Origin: Halarcobacter sp. | Lineage (GTDB): Bacteria > Campylobacterota > Campylobacteria > Campylobacterales > Arcobacteraceae | Assembly: GCA_963676565.1 (NCBI GenBank) | Contig: OY781089.1 | Location: 2,720,001-2,784,000, forward strand | Length of the DNA stretch: 64,000 nt | Direction: 5' to 3' | Shown: positions 39,908-50,061 of the stretch, in pieces | Layout: each line of letters begins with the position of its first letter | Numbering within the stretch: the first letter of the stretch is position 1 | Notes under the pieces: generated by a model | What the model was told of the DNA's origin: nothing | The model's database searches: none | What the model saw: the letters and a program-made list of their open reading frames with translations, nothing else | Program-made: the position numbers and the translations under genes

Positions 39908-40430
39908 CTATTTTTCCTCCTTTATGTAAAAATATTTGGAATGCTAAAACAACTGCCCATAAAGCAAGTGAAATAATCCCTGGTGCATAAAATGGCCATT
40001 CTGGCCAACCTAATGTAACTGAAACTGCACCATCATCATATGATTCAATCATTCCCATAAACATTAGAATTGTTAAAAAAATCACAAAAACTAAAGTACA
40101 AGTTAACCACAACATATCAAAATATTGTTGCACTTTTGGTGAGAATTTATTTGCAAAAAAGTCTACAGCTACATGTCCCCTTTGAGCTTGTGCCCAAGGG
40201 AAAAACATTAAAGCAATACAACTTGTCAATAATCTAACCAAATCCTCATAACCAGAAAGTGCTGATACATTAGAATCAAAAATTCTAGCCACTTTATCTA
40301 AACCAAATGCTGCTATATTAACCACTGTAGTTGTTACTACAATAAAAAGTAAAATACCAGCTAAATAAACCCACCAAAGGCATATTCTTTTTAGCTTCCC
40401 CTCAAAATATAATCTTAATCTAGCTTGCAT
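39900..40430 (-). CDS. dctQ: TRAP transporter small permease
   Basis: Four TM segments, RGHVAVD motif; lies between dctP and dctM. Confidence 0.9.
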   Translation of the reverse strand: MQARLRLYFEGKLKRICLWWVYLAGILLFIVVTTTVVNIAAFGLDKVARIFDSNVSALSGYEDLVRLLTSCIALMFFPWAQAQRGHVAVDFFANKFSPKVQQYFDMLWLTCTLVFVIFLTILMFMGMIESYDDGAVSVTLGWPEWPFYAPGIISLALWAVVLAFQIFLHKGGKIDG

Positions 40431-40443
40431 TATAAAACCTTAT

Positions 40444-41472
40444 TTATTTGCTATTTTTAGCAATAGCCTTTCTAGCTTCATCTACTAGTTTTTGTCCATC
40501 AATACCTTTTGAAGTTGCTTCTTCAATCCATTTTTGAACTACTTGCTCACCTATTTTGTTAAATTTAGCCATCTCTTCGTTGCTTAATTTGTGAACTTTT
40601 CCACCTTTTGATTCATTTTGCATCTTCTTCCCTGGTTCTTCAACATCCATCCAAATTTGCCCAACTTTTTTAACCATATCCATATCTACACTATCAATTA
40701 AGATTTTTTGTAAATCTTTATCTAATGATTTAAATCTATCTTCATTCATAAGTAACATAAATACTGAAGTACCAAATCTTTCCCCATTTGGTCCCTCAAC
40801 TGAATGTTTAGTTAAATTATGAAACTTAAGAGGAGGAAACACTTCAAAAGGGATAAACCCTCCATCAACAACACCTTTTGATAAAGCTTGAGGAAGTGCA
40901 GGTAAAGGCATACCTACTGGCTCTGCACCCAATGCAGATATATACCATCCTGCAGTTCTTGATGGAGCTCTAAGTTTTAAACCTTTTAAATCTTCAACAC
41001 TAGTTACCTCTTTTTCAGTTGTATGAATTGCATTACCGGCAGCTGTATAAACCATTAAAGGTTTAATTTTGTCAAAATCATCTTTAATCAAATCCATATT
41101 TTCTTTAATTGCTATTGCAGTAGCAAGTGAATCACCAATATGTACAGTTGGTAACTCAAAAACTTCAGTTCTTGGGAATACACCAGGAGTATATCCAGGA
41201 AGTGTCCAAACGATATCTGCAACACCATCTCTAACTTGTTTATATAACTCAGGTGGTTTCCCTCCCATAGTCATCGATGGGAAAATTTCAATTTTTAATT
41301 TTCCTTTAGATGCTTCTTCTATTTTTTTAGCCCATGGCTCTAAAAATTTAGTTTGAAGAGGAGCTTTTGGACTTAAGAAGTGATGAACTGTCAATGTCTC
41401 CGCTGCATAAGCTGAACCTGCTAATAACAATGTACTAACAAGAATGCTTCCCTTTTTAATTAGATTTTTCAT
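40444..41472 (-). CDS. dctP: TRAP transporter substrate-binding protein (cognate with dctQM)
   Basis: DctP motifs; in operon with dctQM downstream of the lig genes. Confidence 0.92.
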   Translation of the reverse strand: MKNLIKKGSILVSTLLLAGSAYAAETLTVHHFLSPKAPLQTKFLEPWAKKIEEASKGKLKIEIFPSMTMGGKPPELYKQVRDGVADIVWTLPGYTPGVFPRTEVFELPTVHIGDSLATAIAIKENMDLIKDDFDKIKPLMVYTAAGNAIHTTEKEVTSVEDLKGLKLRAPSRTAGWYISALGAEPVGMPLPALPQALSKGVVDGGFIPFEVFPPLKFHNLTKHSVEGPNGERFGTSVFMLLMNEDRFKSLDKDLQKILIDSVDMDMVKKVGQIWMDVEEPGKKMQNESKGGKVHKLSNEEMAKFNKIGEQVVQKWIEEATSKGIDGQKLVDEARKAIAKNSK

Positions 41473-41501
41473 GTCTTTTCCCTTTTTTCACTAATCTTTT
41501 A

Positions 41502-42440
41502 TTATTTCATTGCTTTTTCTAAAGCATCTAGAACTTTCATTGCCGATAATGCTTGTTGTACACTTGCATTTGGTTCACGTCCATCTTTAATTGCTGAGAT
41601 AAACTCTCTATCTTGTAACTCAATTCCATTCATAGAGACTGCAACATTTGAAACATCAATTTGCTCTTCTTTTCCCGTAAATAAATCATCATATCTAGCT
41701 ATATAAGTTCCATTATCACAGATATATCTAAAGAAAGTTCCTAATGGCCCATCATTATTAAAAGATAATGATAATGTACAAATTGCTCCTGAAGCAGTTT
41801 TAAGTCCAATACTCATATCCATTGCAATACCAAGTTCAGGATGAATTGGTCCTTGCATTGCTTGAACATCAACAATCTCCTCACCTGTTTGGTAAGCAAA
41901 TAAATCAACTGTATGACAAGCATGGTGCCATAATAAGTGGTCAACCCATGATCTTGGCTCACCTAAGGCATTTGTATTTGTTCTTCTGAAGAAATAAGTT
42001 TGAACATCCATTTGTTGAATTCTTAACTCACCAGCAGTAATTTTATTGTGAACATATTGATGAGATGGATTAAATCTTCTTGTATGTCCAGCCATAGCAA
42101 TAAGTCCTGTCTCTTTTTGTTTATCAACAATTGCTTGTGCATCTGCTAATGAATCTGCCATTGGAATTTCAATCATTACATGTTTTCCTGCATCCATTAA
42201 AGCGATTGCTTGTTGTGCATGAATTTGAGTTGGACTAGTAATAATTGCTGCATCAAAATCATATTTTAAAGCATCTTCTAAAGTAAGTACATAATTTGGA
42301 ACATTAAACTGTTCAGCTACTTTTTTTGTACCCTCTTCTCTTCTTCCAACTAAGCAAACAACCTCAGCATCCTCAATATTTGATAGAGCATCTAAATGTT
42401 TTTTTCCAAAAGCTCCATTTCCTACAACACAAATTTTCAT
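41502..42440 (-). CDS. ligC: 4-Carboxy-2-hydroxymuconate-6-semialdehyde dehydrogenase
   Basis: GAFGKKHLD, GHTRRFNPSHQ, RSW.DHLLWHHA.HTVDLF and SMNGIELQDREF motifs. Confidence 0.95.
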   Translation of the reverse strand: MKICVVGNGAFGKKHLDALSNIEDAEVVCLVGRREEGTKKVAEQFNVPNYVLTLEDALKYDFDAAIITSPTQIHAQQAIALMDAGKHVMIEIPMADSLADAQAIVDKQKETGLIAMAGHTRRFNPSHQYVHNKITAGELRIQQMDVQTYFFRRTNTNALGEPRSWVDHLLWHHACHTVDLFAYQTGEEIVDVQAMQGPIHPELGIAMDMSIGLKTASGAICTLSLSFNNDGPLGTFFRYICDNGTYIARYDDLFTGKEEQIDVSNVAVSMNGIELQDREFISAIKDGREPNASVQQALSAMKVLDALEKAMK

Positions 42441-43289
42441 TTAGTCCTCCTTATTTTCTAAAATTGTTAATGAATAATTAGTATTTGAAATTGGTACATG
42501 CATAAATCTATAAACTTCATTTACCTCTTTAGTTAATGCACCTCTCATAGTTAACCACATAATTGCTTCTGCACCTTCACTACCTGTTTCTCTAATTAAT
42601 TCAGTTACTGAGATGTCTTTTATTGATTCTGGATCTTTTACCAAATTATCTAACCACCAAGTATCGTATTCGACATTAATTAAACCTGCTCTTGGTCCTT
42701 GTAATTGATGTGATAATCCACCTGTTCCCATAATTGCAACATTGATATCTTCAGGGTAAGACTCAACAGCTTCTCTAATAGCTTTTCCTAAGTTGTAACA
42801 TCTATTTCCCTTTGGTTGAGGATATTGAACAACACCAACATACAATGGAATAAACTTACAAGGCCACTCTTCTAAATCTTCACCAAATGCTAAAGAAGCA
42901 GGAACAGAAAAACCATGGTCTACATCTAATTCAAATGACATCGCAACATCAAACTCTTTTTCATTGAAGTGTTCTGCTATATGACAAGATAAAGCAGAGT
43001 CCCCTTTAAAAGTTGGAACTTTTCTTCTTCCATATCCTTCATCAGCTGGTAAATACTCATCAGCAATACCAAGTCCAAAAGGGATAACATTTTTTAATGA
43101 GAAGTTAGAACCATGGTCATTATAAACAATAATACAAACATCAGGTTTTTTCTCTTTCATCCATGCTCTTAAAGGTTTAATCCCTTCATTAAAAGGTTCC
43201 CAATATGGACCAGTCATCTCTTTATTGTCCATTTTAAGCATGATTGTTGGTATGTGTGAAGTACCTATTCCTCCGATTATCTTAGCCAT
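42441..43289 (-). CDS. ligB: Protocatechuate 4,5-dioxygenase beta subunit
   Basis: TSH.P, VYNDH, PADEGYG, DVDHG, GTGGLSHQLQGPRAGLIN and GSEG.E motifs. Start 43289. Confidence 0.92.
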   Translation of the reverse strand: MAKIIGGIGTSHIPTIMLKMDNKEMTGPYWEPFNEGIKPLRAWMKEKKPDVCIIVYNDHGSNFSLKNVIPFGLGIADEYLPADEGYGRRKVPTFKGDSALSCHIAEHFNEKEFDVAMSFELDVDHGFSVPASLAFGEDLEEWPCKFIPLYVGVVQYPQPKGNRCYNLGKAIREAVESYPEDINVAIMGTGGLSHQLQGPRAGLINVEYDTWWLDNLVKDPESIKDISVTELIRETGSEGAEAIMWLTMRGALTKEVNEVYRFMHVPISNTNYSLTILENKED

Positions 43290-43707
43290 TTTTCTTCTCC
43301 TCATTCTCTTTTATACTTCTATTTCCCTCAATTGGTCTTCCACCATTAATCATCATTTGTTGGAACTCTTCAGTTGTCATTTTATTTGGTTCTTCAGACA
43401 TCATAGCTCCGGCTTGTTGCATATGTAAACCTAGAGTTGCAGCAATCTTCCATAAATAATAGATATTCCCACCTAATTCAAGAAGGTAATTTAAATCTTT
43501 TCTTCTAATACCATCTTTCATCTCTTCTGTTAATTTAGGGAATCTACTCATATATTCTTCTTCATCAGCTAAAAAAGCTTCCCTTGCATCAGGTTTATTT
43601 AAAGTGTCACAAAATTTATTTAATTCATAACCTTTTACACAAGTTTGTAAGTCAAATACAATTGTTCCAGGTATATCTTTATAGTCTCTTTCTTCATAAC
43701 TTCCCAT
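43282..43707 (-). CDS. ligA: Protocatechuate 4,5-dioxygenase alpha subunit
   Basis: DIPGT.VF, KGY.LN.FC, GGNIY and MM..GGR..EGNRS motifs. Confidence 0.92.
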   Translation of the reverse strand: MGSYEERDYKDIPGTIVFDLQTCVKGYELNKFCDTLNKPDAREAFLADEEEYMSRFPKLTEEMKDGIRRKDLNYLLELGGNIYYLWKIAATLGLHMQQAGAMMSEEPNKMTTEEFQQMMINGGRPIEGNRSIKENEEKKNG

Positions 43708-43726
43708 AATTTAATCCCTTTCTTTT

Positions 43727-44761
43727 TTAATTAAAATGTTTTTCAATATGTTGATTAATTCTAGGATAAACATTTCTAATATTATCTTCGAATATCATCT
43801 TTTTCTTTTCATCACTAATCTTAGCAGCATCGATGTATCGTTTTGTATCATCAAAATAATGACCTGTTAATGGGTCAATTCCTCTAACTGCTCCAATCAT
43901 TTCAGACGCAAATAAAATATTTTCTGTAGGAACTAAATCTAATAATAAATCAATACCTTCTTGGTGATATACACAAGTATCAAAATAGATATTATTTTCA
44001 ATAATGTTATTTAAATTATCTAATTCTAACATATCACAAAGACCTCTAAATCTTCCCCAATGATAAGGCACTGCTCCACCACCATGTGGGATAACAAATT
44101 TTAACTCTGGAAAGTCTTTAAATAGTGTTTTACTCATCATAAGTTGAGTAAAAGCAGTTGTATCTGCACCTAAATAGTGTGATGATGTTGCATGAAATAC
44201 TGGGTTACAACACCCACTTACATGAATCATTGCTGGAACACCATATTCAACCATCTTTTCATATAATGGATACCAATATTTATCATCTAGCTTTGGAGCA
44301 TCATTCCAATATCCCCCAGATGGATCTGGATTTAAATTACATCCAATAAATCCATACTCTTTTACAACTCTTTCAAGTTCAGCTGCACTTGCAGTCATAT
44401 CTGAACCTGGAGATTGTGGAAGTTGTGCAACACCCACAAAGTTTTTAGGAAAAATATCAACTATTCTTGCAATAAGTTCATTACAATGTTCAGTCCAATT
44501 TTTACTAGTACTTTGATTTCCTATGTGGTGTCCCATCCAAGATGCTCTTGGAGAGAAAATAGTTAAGTCAGTACCTCTTTCTTGTTGTAATTTCAACTGA
44601 TTTTTTTCAACACTTTCTCGCAAAGCCTCATCAGTAATATTAATAACACCCTTTGCATGTTGTACTAAAGGATCAAAACTTAACTCTTTTTTTTGTTGTT
44701 CTCTATAATCACCTAACTCTTTAGGTCCTGTTGTATAATGTCCATGACAATCAATAATCAT
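43727..44761 (-). CDS. ligJ: 4-Oxalomesaconate hydratase
   Basis: MIIDCHGHYTT, FSPRAS.M.HH, NPDPSGG, PHGGGAVPYHWGRFRG and FASEMIGAVRGIDP motifs. Confidence 0.95.
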   Translation of the reverse strand: MIIDCHGHYTTGPKELGDYREQQKKELSFDPLVQHAKGVINITDEALRESVEKNQLKLQQERGTDLTIFSPRASWMGHHIGNQSTSKNWTEHCNELIARIVDIFPKNFVGVAQLPQSPGSDMTASAAELERVVKEYGFIGCNLNPDPSGGYWNDAPKLDDKYWYPLYEKMVEYGVPAMIHVSGCCNPVFHATSSHYLGADTTAFTQLMMSKTLFKDFPELKFVIPHGGGAVPYHWGRFRGLCDMLELDNLNNIIENNIYFDTCVYHQEGIDLLLDLVPTENILFASEMIGAVRGIDPLTGHYFDDTKRYIDAAKISDEKKKMIFEDNIRNVYPRINQHIEKHFN

Positions 44762-44762
44762 A

Positions 44763-45482
44763 TTAAGATTCTCCTTTCAATTGAGCTTCATCATCATAAT
44801 ATTTAAATCCTGCTGCTTCTAAACCTGGTCTCATTTTGTATAAATCAAGTCCTAAAACACCAGCTTCAAACTTCTCTCTTTTTTCACCTTCAAAATCTTC
44901 TCTTTTTTGAGCTGCATCTGCAACTATTTTTGCATCTTCTTGTGCAACAATACAAATCCCATCATCATCAGCAACTACAACATCACCAGGATTTACAATT
45001 TGTCCTGCACAAACAATAGGAATATTCACTGAACCTAATGTATTTTTTACTGTACCTCTAATACTAACTGCTTTTGACCATACTGGAAAATCCATTTCTT
45101 CTAAATCTTTAGTATCTCTAACTCCACCATCAATCACAAGTCCTTTAACACCTTGTGCAATAGCAGAAGTTGCTAATAAATCTCCAAAGAAACCATCAGT
45201 ATTTGGTGTTGTACAAGCAGCAATTATAATATCACCTGGTTGTGCTAACTCCATAGCTACATGAAGCATCCAGTTGTCACCTGGCTGAAGTAATACTGTA
45301 ATTGCACTTCCAGCTATTCTTTTCCCTTTAAGTACAGGTCTAAGTTCAGGATGTAATTCCCCTACTCTTTTTTGTGCTTCATGAACTGTTGCACTTCCAA
45401 ACTTTTCTAATCTTTCAATCTCTTCTTTTGGCGCTCTATTTATATTTTTTACAGCTACACCTAAATGTGGTTTTCTAATCAT
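44763..45482 (-). CDS. ligK: 4-Carboxy-4-hydroxy-2-oxoadipate aldolase
   Basis: [35 protein letters not shown] and LGLD.Y.MR motifs. Start 45482. Confidence 0.95.
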   Translation of the reverse strand: MIRKPHLGVAVKNINRAPKEEIERLEKFGSATVHEAQKRVGELHPELRPVLKGKRIAGSAITVLLQPGDNWMLHVAMELAQPGDIIIAACTTPNTDGFFGDLLATSAIAQGVKGLVIDGGVRDTKDLEEMDFPVWSKAVSIRGTVKNTLGSVNIPIVCAGQIVNPGDVVVADDDGICIVAQEDAKIVADAAQKREDFEGEKREKFEAGVLGLDLYKMRPGLEAAGFKYYDDEAQLKGES

Positions 45483-45483
45483 C

Positions 45484-46356
45484 TTAATCCTCCCATCCAT
45501 ATAATCTAGCTGGATTATCAACTAAAATTTTCTTTTGTAAAGCCGGGTCTGGAACCATTAATGGAAATAAATCCATTAAGTCTCCATCATTTGGCATATA
45601 TTTTTTAATATTTGGGTGAGGACAATCTGTTCCCCAAAGGATTCTATCTGGTGCAATTGCCACTAACTTTTGCGCATATGGAATCGCATCATAAAATGGT
45701 GGCTCTGGTGAAATTCTTTCAGCACAAGAGATTTTAACCCACCAATTTTCCCTTTCCATAAATTTACATAAAATTTTAAATGCTTCTTGCTCAACACCCT
45801 CTTTTGTTGGGACTCTACCCATATGGTCAACTACAATTGTAATGTCAAATTTTGCAAAGAAATCTTCATATTTAATTATATCTTCTGCATTTACATGAAT
45901 AACTAAATGCCAACCCAATGGAATTACTTTATTTATAACTCTTTCCATCATCTCTAAATCTGGCGCTCCACCTAAATGTGTAACAAAATTAAACCTAACA
46001 CCTTTAACACCATTTTCATCTAAATATTTAAAATCTTCATCTGTAAAAGTGTCATCTGCCATACAAACACCTTTATATCTTTTAGGATCATTTTTTATAG
46101 CATCTAACATTGCTGTATTATCTTTACCATGGCAAGAAGCTTGAACTAAAACAGCTCTAGAGATTCCAATAGTATCATGCATCTTTCTTAAAAGTGCCTC
46201 TGGTGTATCAGGTGGCCAGTATGTTGCCTTTTGTGAATAAGGAAACACTTCATGTGGTCCAAATACATGACAATGGGCATCACAAGCATTTTCCATAGCT
46301 TTAAATACTGGCGTCTTAGTATTTCTATCTGGCGCCATACAAGTTTTCTTTTCCAA
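45484..46356 (-). CDS. ligI: 2-Pyrone-4,6-dicarboxylate lactonase
   Basis: [37 protein letters not shown] and LVDNP.RLY motifs. Confidence 0.92.
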   Translation of the reverse strand: MEKKTCMAPDRNTKTPVFKAMENACDAHCHVFGPHEVFPYSQKATYWPPDTPEALLRKMHDTIGISRAVLVQASCHGKDNTAMLDAIKNDPKRYKGVCMADDTFTDEDFKYLDENGVKGVRFNFVTHLGGAPDLEMMERVINKVIPLGWHLVIHVNAEDIIKYEDFFAKFDITIVVDHMGRVPTKEGVEQEAFKILCKFMERENWWVKISCAERISPEPPFYDAIPYAQKLVAIAPDRILWGTDCPHPNIKKYMPNDGDLMDLFPLMVPDPALQKKILVDNPARLYGWED

Positions 46357-46373
46357 ATTAAACTCCTTCTTTT

Positions 46374-47456
46374 TTAATTTAAATCATCTGGATGTGGATA
46401 AGCCACACCTTTACTTAATAATCTTGCTGTTCTTAATAAGCCAGCTTTTTTAATACTTAATTCGTCATTTATTTTTTCACTTGTTAATTCGACTGTAAAC
46501 TCACCACTTGGATGTTCAATAGTTAAATTAGCAATTGGCATATTTTTTACTTTTATAATATCACTAGTAACACACTCATCATATAAACAAGCACTTGCAA
46601 CAGAAACTGCTCCAAGTACTCCAATTGCTGCATGACAATTGTGAGGTATAAATGTTCGTGTGTTTATGCTTCCACCATTTTTAGGAGCTGAAACAATTGT
46701 CATTTTTGGTACAACTTTTTTTGATACTTCCCCAAGATTCATCATTGGACCAACTTCTAATCTTAATTCTTCTAATGTTTTTCTTAATTCAGAATTTTTG
46801 CTTAACTCTTCACAACTTTCATATCCTGTAATTCCTAATTGATTTGCATTAATCAAAACTACAGGCATACCATTATCAATACATGTAATATCAATATCAT
46901 TTACAATATCTTTTTTATTGCCCGTTGGAAAAAGTGAACCACAAACAGATCCTGCAACATCAAGATAATTACAAATAATTGGTGCTGATGTTCCAGGAAC
47001 TCCATCAATTCTTGCATCACCATCAAATTTTAATTTTTTGTTTGGTGTTTGCATTACAAGTTCACAAATATTGTTACTATTAATCATATTGACTTTTATC
47101 GTTGTCATATCTTCTGTTGGTAATACCATCTTATTTTCAATAGCAAAAACACCAACACCTGATAATATATTTCCACAATTAGGAGAACTGTCAACTCTAT
47201 TTTCACCAACAACTACTTGTACAAAAAGAAAATCTATATCACAATTTTCTTTTTCTGATTTACTTACAATAGCAACCTTACTAGTAAGGGGATTCGCGCC
47301 TCCCAAACCATCAATTTGTCTAGAGTCACGACCAACAATACTTAATATGATTTCATCTCTAAGGTTTTCATCCTGAGGTAAATCATTTTTATCAAAATAA
47401 ATACCCTTTGAACTACCACCTCTTATTTGCATATATGGTATTGATTCATAACTCAT
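46374..47456 (-). CDS. ligU: 4-Oxalomesaconate tautomerase/isomerase (PrpF family)
   Basis: RGGSSKG, RQIDGLGGA..LTSKVA, NCGNIL, DNGMP, FIPH.CH.AIG, EHPSG and RTAR motifs. Confidence 0.93.
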   Translation of the reverse strand: MSYESIPYMQIRGGSSKGIYFDKNDLPQDENLRDEIILSIVGRDSRQIDGLGGANPLTSKVAIVSKSEKENCDIDFLFVQVVVGENRVDSSPNCGNILSGVGVFAIENKMVLPTEDMTTIKVNMINSNNICELVMQTPNKKLKFDGDARIDGVPGTSAPIICNYLDVAGSVCGSLFPTGNKKDIVNDIDITCIDNGMPVVLINANQLGITGYESCEELSKNSELRKTLEELRLEVGPMMNLGEVSKKVVPKMTIVSAPKNGGSINTRTFIPHNCHAAIGVLGAVSVASACLYDECVTSDIIKVKNMPIANLTIEHPSGEFTVELTSEKINDELSIKKAGLLRTARLLSKGVAYPHPDDLN

Positions 47457-47478
47457 TTTTAACCTTTAATTTAATTTT

Positions 47479-47571
47479 CGAACATTTGTACAGAAACTAT
47501 AGCATTGGAAAATTTAAAGTACGCTTAACGGACATAAGTTCATTTTAAGTTAAGATAGCAATAGCATAGCA
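47479..47571 (-). promoter_or_regulatory. Modular promoter copy 4 (lig operon)
   Basis: CGAACATTTGTACA 47479-47492; extended -10 TGcTATAGT 47496-47504; box GTACGCTTAACGGAC 47519-47533; TAGCA-N6-TAGCA 47556-47571. Confidence 0.75.
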
Positions 47572-47744
47572 TTATAAAATTAGTTTATGAGAAAAAGAAA
47601 ATTAAGTTATTAATATAGATTTATTTAGAAGATATTAATATTTAAAAAATCACTTATGAGATACTATTTTATGGTCTTTAATTAGAAATTTAAAAATACT
47701 TTTTGTGTTTATTTAGTTTATAACTACTTTTATAAAAAGATATG

Positions 47745-47787
47745 AAAAAAAGAGAAATTAAAACTTTTTTAAATTTCTCTTTTTTTT
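47745..47787 (-). terminator. Terminator downstream of djlA
   Basis: AAAAAAAGAGAAATT...AATTTCTCTTTTTTT inverted repeat. Confidence 0.55.
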
Positions 47788-47814
47788 CTAAAAGTACACA
47801 CTTTATATTTAATT

Positions 47815-48618
47815 TTATTTTTTTATATCTTTAATAACCTGATAGGCTTGGTTTATTTGTTGAGTTTTTGCAGTTGCTTCTTCCATATAAGATTCATCTT
47901 TATCTTGAGAGCTAATAATATCAGGATGATATTTTCTAATTAAGTTTCTATAAGCTTTTTTAATTGTATCCATATCATCAGTTTCTTTCACACCTAAAAT
48001 TTCATAGGCTTCTTTTGCACTCATAGTTTGATTATTGTTTTTCATTTTATTTTCAAAATTATTAATGAATTGTTTATATTGTTCTTCTGAAATATTTAAT
48101 TCACCTACAATAACTCTTAAGACTTTGTCTTCTTCCTCTCCAATTCCACTATCAATAAAAGCTAATTGGATTAAAAAACCAACAAATTGTCTTCTTTTTA
48201 AAATACTTTTCCCAATAAGATTATTTAGCTCACTTGCAATTTGCTGAGTATTACCACTTTTTTGTTTCTCTTCATTAAAAATTTCTTTCATGATATCTCT
48301 AGCTTTTTGCTTTTCATCAAACACTTTTGTTATATCATCAAACATCATTTTAATAAGCTGTGCTTCAAGTTCTTGAACTCTTCCATCTGCTTTAGCAACT
48401 TTAGCAACAAGCGCTATAAAAAGTCCTAATTCACTTTTGGCAAAGTCCTCTTTTGAGTTTATTAATTTATTGAGTTTTCTTCTTTGATAATATTTATATA
48501 GTTTAAAAGCAACAATTAGTCCAAAGATAATTGATAAGGTTAAAAATGTATTTACTATAAATGTATAATACAAAACAACAAGGAGAATTGCTATAAAAAT
48601 CCATTTTTTTAATTTCAT
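47815..48618 (-). CDS. djlA: DjlA-like co-chaperone (TM, TerB-like domain, C-terminal J domain)
   Basis: AKVAKADGRV; C-terminal AYEILGV...IKKAYR.L..KYHPD. Confidence 0.85.
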   Translation of the reverse strand: MKLKKWIFIAILLVVLYYTFIVNTFLTLSIIFGLIVAFKLYKYYQRRKLNKLINSKEDFAKSELGLFIALVAKVAKADGRVQELEAQLIKMMFDDITKVFDEKQKARDIMKEIFNEEKQKSGNTQQIASELNNLIGKSILKRRQFVGFLIQLAFIDSGIGEEEDKVLRVIVGELNISEEQYKQFINNFENKMKNNNQTMSAKEAYEILGVKETDDMDTIKKAYRNLIRKYHPDIISSQDKDESYMEEATAKTQQINQAYQVIKDIKK

Positions 48619-48682
48619 TATTTAATCCATTTTTTGGTAATTTAAATGACAATTATATCTATTTAACCTTATATGATATAAT

Positions 48683-49150
48683 GTGGAATTATATTTCAAA
48701 GGATTTATTATCAAAGTTTTTAAATATCTATTACTATTTACTTTTCTTCTTAGTTTGAATCTTTTTGCAGGTTCACAAAGATTACAAAAAGAGATGAATT
48801 ATGAAGTTTCATATGAAAAAGCTTTAGAAAAGGCTCTAAAACAGAATAAACCAATTATGATGATGATAGGACAAACAGAGTGTCCTTATTGTAATAAGTT
48901 TGAAGTAAAAACACTTACAAGGAAAAATATTAATATAAAAGTTCAAAAAGATTTTATACCTCTAAGTCTTCTAAGGGATAAAGATAAATTTCCAAAACAA
49001 TTTGAAGCAAAAGGTGTTCCAACTGTAATTTTTATTGACCCAAAACAGCAAAAAGCTTTTTATAAATCATTTGGTTATAAGAGTAAAAGAGATTATAAAG
49101 TAGAGTTAGAAAAAGCTTTAGAAATTTATAATAAAGAATATAAAAACTAA
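48683..49150 (+). CDS. Exported thioredoxin-fold protein
   Basis: Signal-like N-terminus, CPYC and GVPT motifs. Confidence 0.8.
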   Translation: MELYFKGFIIKVFKYLLLFTFLLSLNLFAGSQRLQKEMNYEVSYEKALEKALKQNKPIMMMIGQTECPYCNKFEVKTLTRKNINIKVQKDFIPLSLLRDKDKFPKQFEAKGVPTVIFIDPKQQKAFYKSFGYKSKRDYKVELEKALEIYNKEYKN

Positions 49151-49153
49151 GAG

Positions 49154-49179
49154 GAAGTATTAAATTTACATAATACTTC
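49154..49179. terminator. Hairpin between convergent genes
   Basis: GAAGTATTA-N8-TAATACTTC followed by a T-tract. Confidence 0.5.
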
Positions 49180-49190
49180 TTTTAATATAT

Positions 49191-50036
49191 TTAGCCAACT
49201 AATTTCTCATAAAAATCTCTTAGTTTATTCTCCCCTGTTTTTGAAGCAATCATATCAACTCCCATCATAGTTAGAAAAAATTCAATAGGCCCATAAGTTT
49301 TAGATGAAACAAAATAAGGTAAAGTTTTTAAAGTAAGTTTTCTAATAAAATCTGGCAAATATGTAATCTTTGGCTTTTTATCTAAAACTTCAAAAGCTAA
49401 ATTAGCTAATTGTGTATGGGTAAATAATTCAGGTCCACCAATTTCAAGCTCTTTATTTTTTAAATCTATAGAATCCAAACAAAACTTAGCTAAATCTTTT
49501 CCATCTATAGGATTCAACTTTTTATCACCTTTTCCAAAAAGATATATCCTCCCACTTTTAGCCATATCTAAAAAATCTTTCATATCTGAATAAAAACCAT
49601 TAGGTCTAATAATAAGATATTCCAAACCTGATTTTGTTAACTCATCAACAAACTTTTCTTTTGCTTCACATATCTTTAAATTTTTGAACTTATTAGCGTT
49701 TAAAGCGGATACATATATAAACTTCTTTACTCCACTCTTTTTAGCTTCATTTAAAATATTTAAATTAGCTTGATAATCCACATCCATATATGTTAAATTA
49801 TCCTTTTGCCTTGTAATTCCTAATGTTGAAATAACAACATCAACTCCATCAAGTTTATTTAGTAAAGAGTGTTTATTTGTAAAATCTACTTTATAAACTT
49901 CTTTTGTATTTATATTACTACTAAAACTATAATCCCATCTTCTTGTTAAAACAATAGGATACATATTCCTATTATTCAGTTCTTTTAAAATATGAGTACC
50001 TAAATATCCAGTAGCTCCAATTAAACATATATTCAT
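49191..50036 (-). CDS. Atypical SDR / NAD(P)H-binding oxidoreductase
   Basis: GATGYLG, DVDYQAN, IRPNGF and NPIDG.DLA motifs. Confidence 0.85.
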   Translation of the reverse strand: MNICLIGATGYLGTHILKELNNRNMYPIVLTRRWDYSFSSNINTKEVYKVDFTNKHSLLNKLDGVDVVISTLGITRQKDNLTYMDVDYQANLNILNEAKKSGVKKFIYVSALNANKFKNLKICEAKEKFVDELTKSGLEYLIIRPNGFYSDMKDFLDMAKSGRIYLFGKGDKKLNPIDGKDLAKFCLDSIDLKNKELEIGGPELFTHTQLANLAFEVLDKKPKITYLPDFIRKLTLKTLPYFVSSKTYGPIEFFLTMMGVDMIASKTGENKLRDFYEKLVG

Positions 50037-50061
50037 ATTAAAATTTTCCCATTTAATTTTA

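Noticed and set aside
30507..47571. TGCTA-N6-TGCTA as a sigma-54 promoter
   Set aside because: It lacks the -24 GG, and a sigma-70-type -10 sits at fixed spacing downstream.
30466..47571. The four ~60-bp repeats as CRISPR, REP or MITE/IS ends
   Set aside because: They are dispersed by kilobases, degenerate, lack spacers or target duplications, and always sit at promoter position in one orientation.
47815..48618. Tellurite resistance (TerB) gene
   Set aside because: The TerB-like domain is fused to a TM and a J domain (HPD), which is the DjlA architecture.
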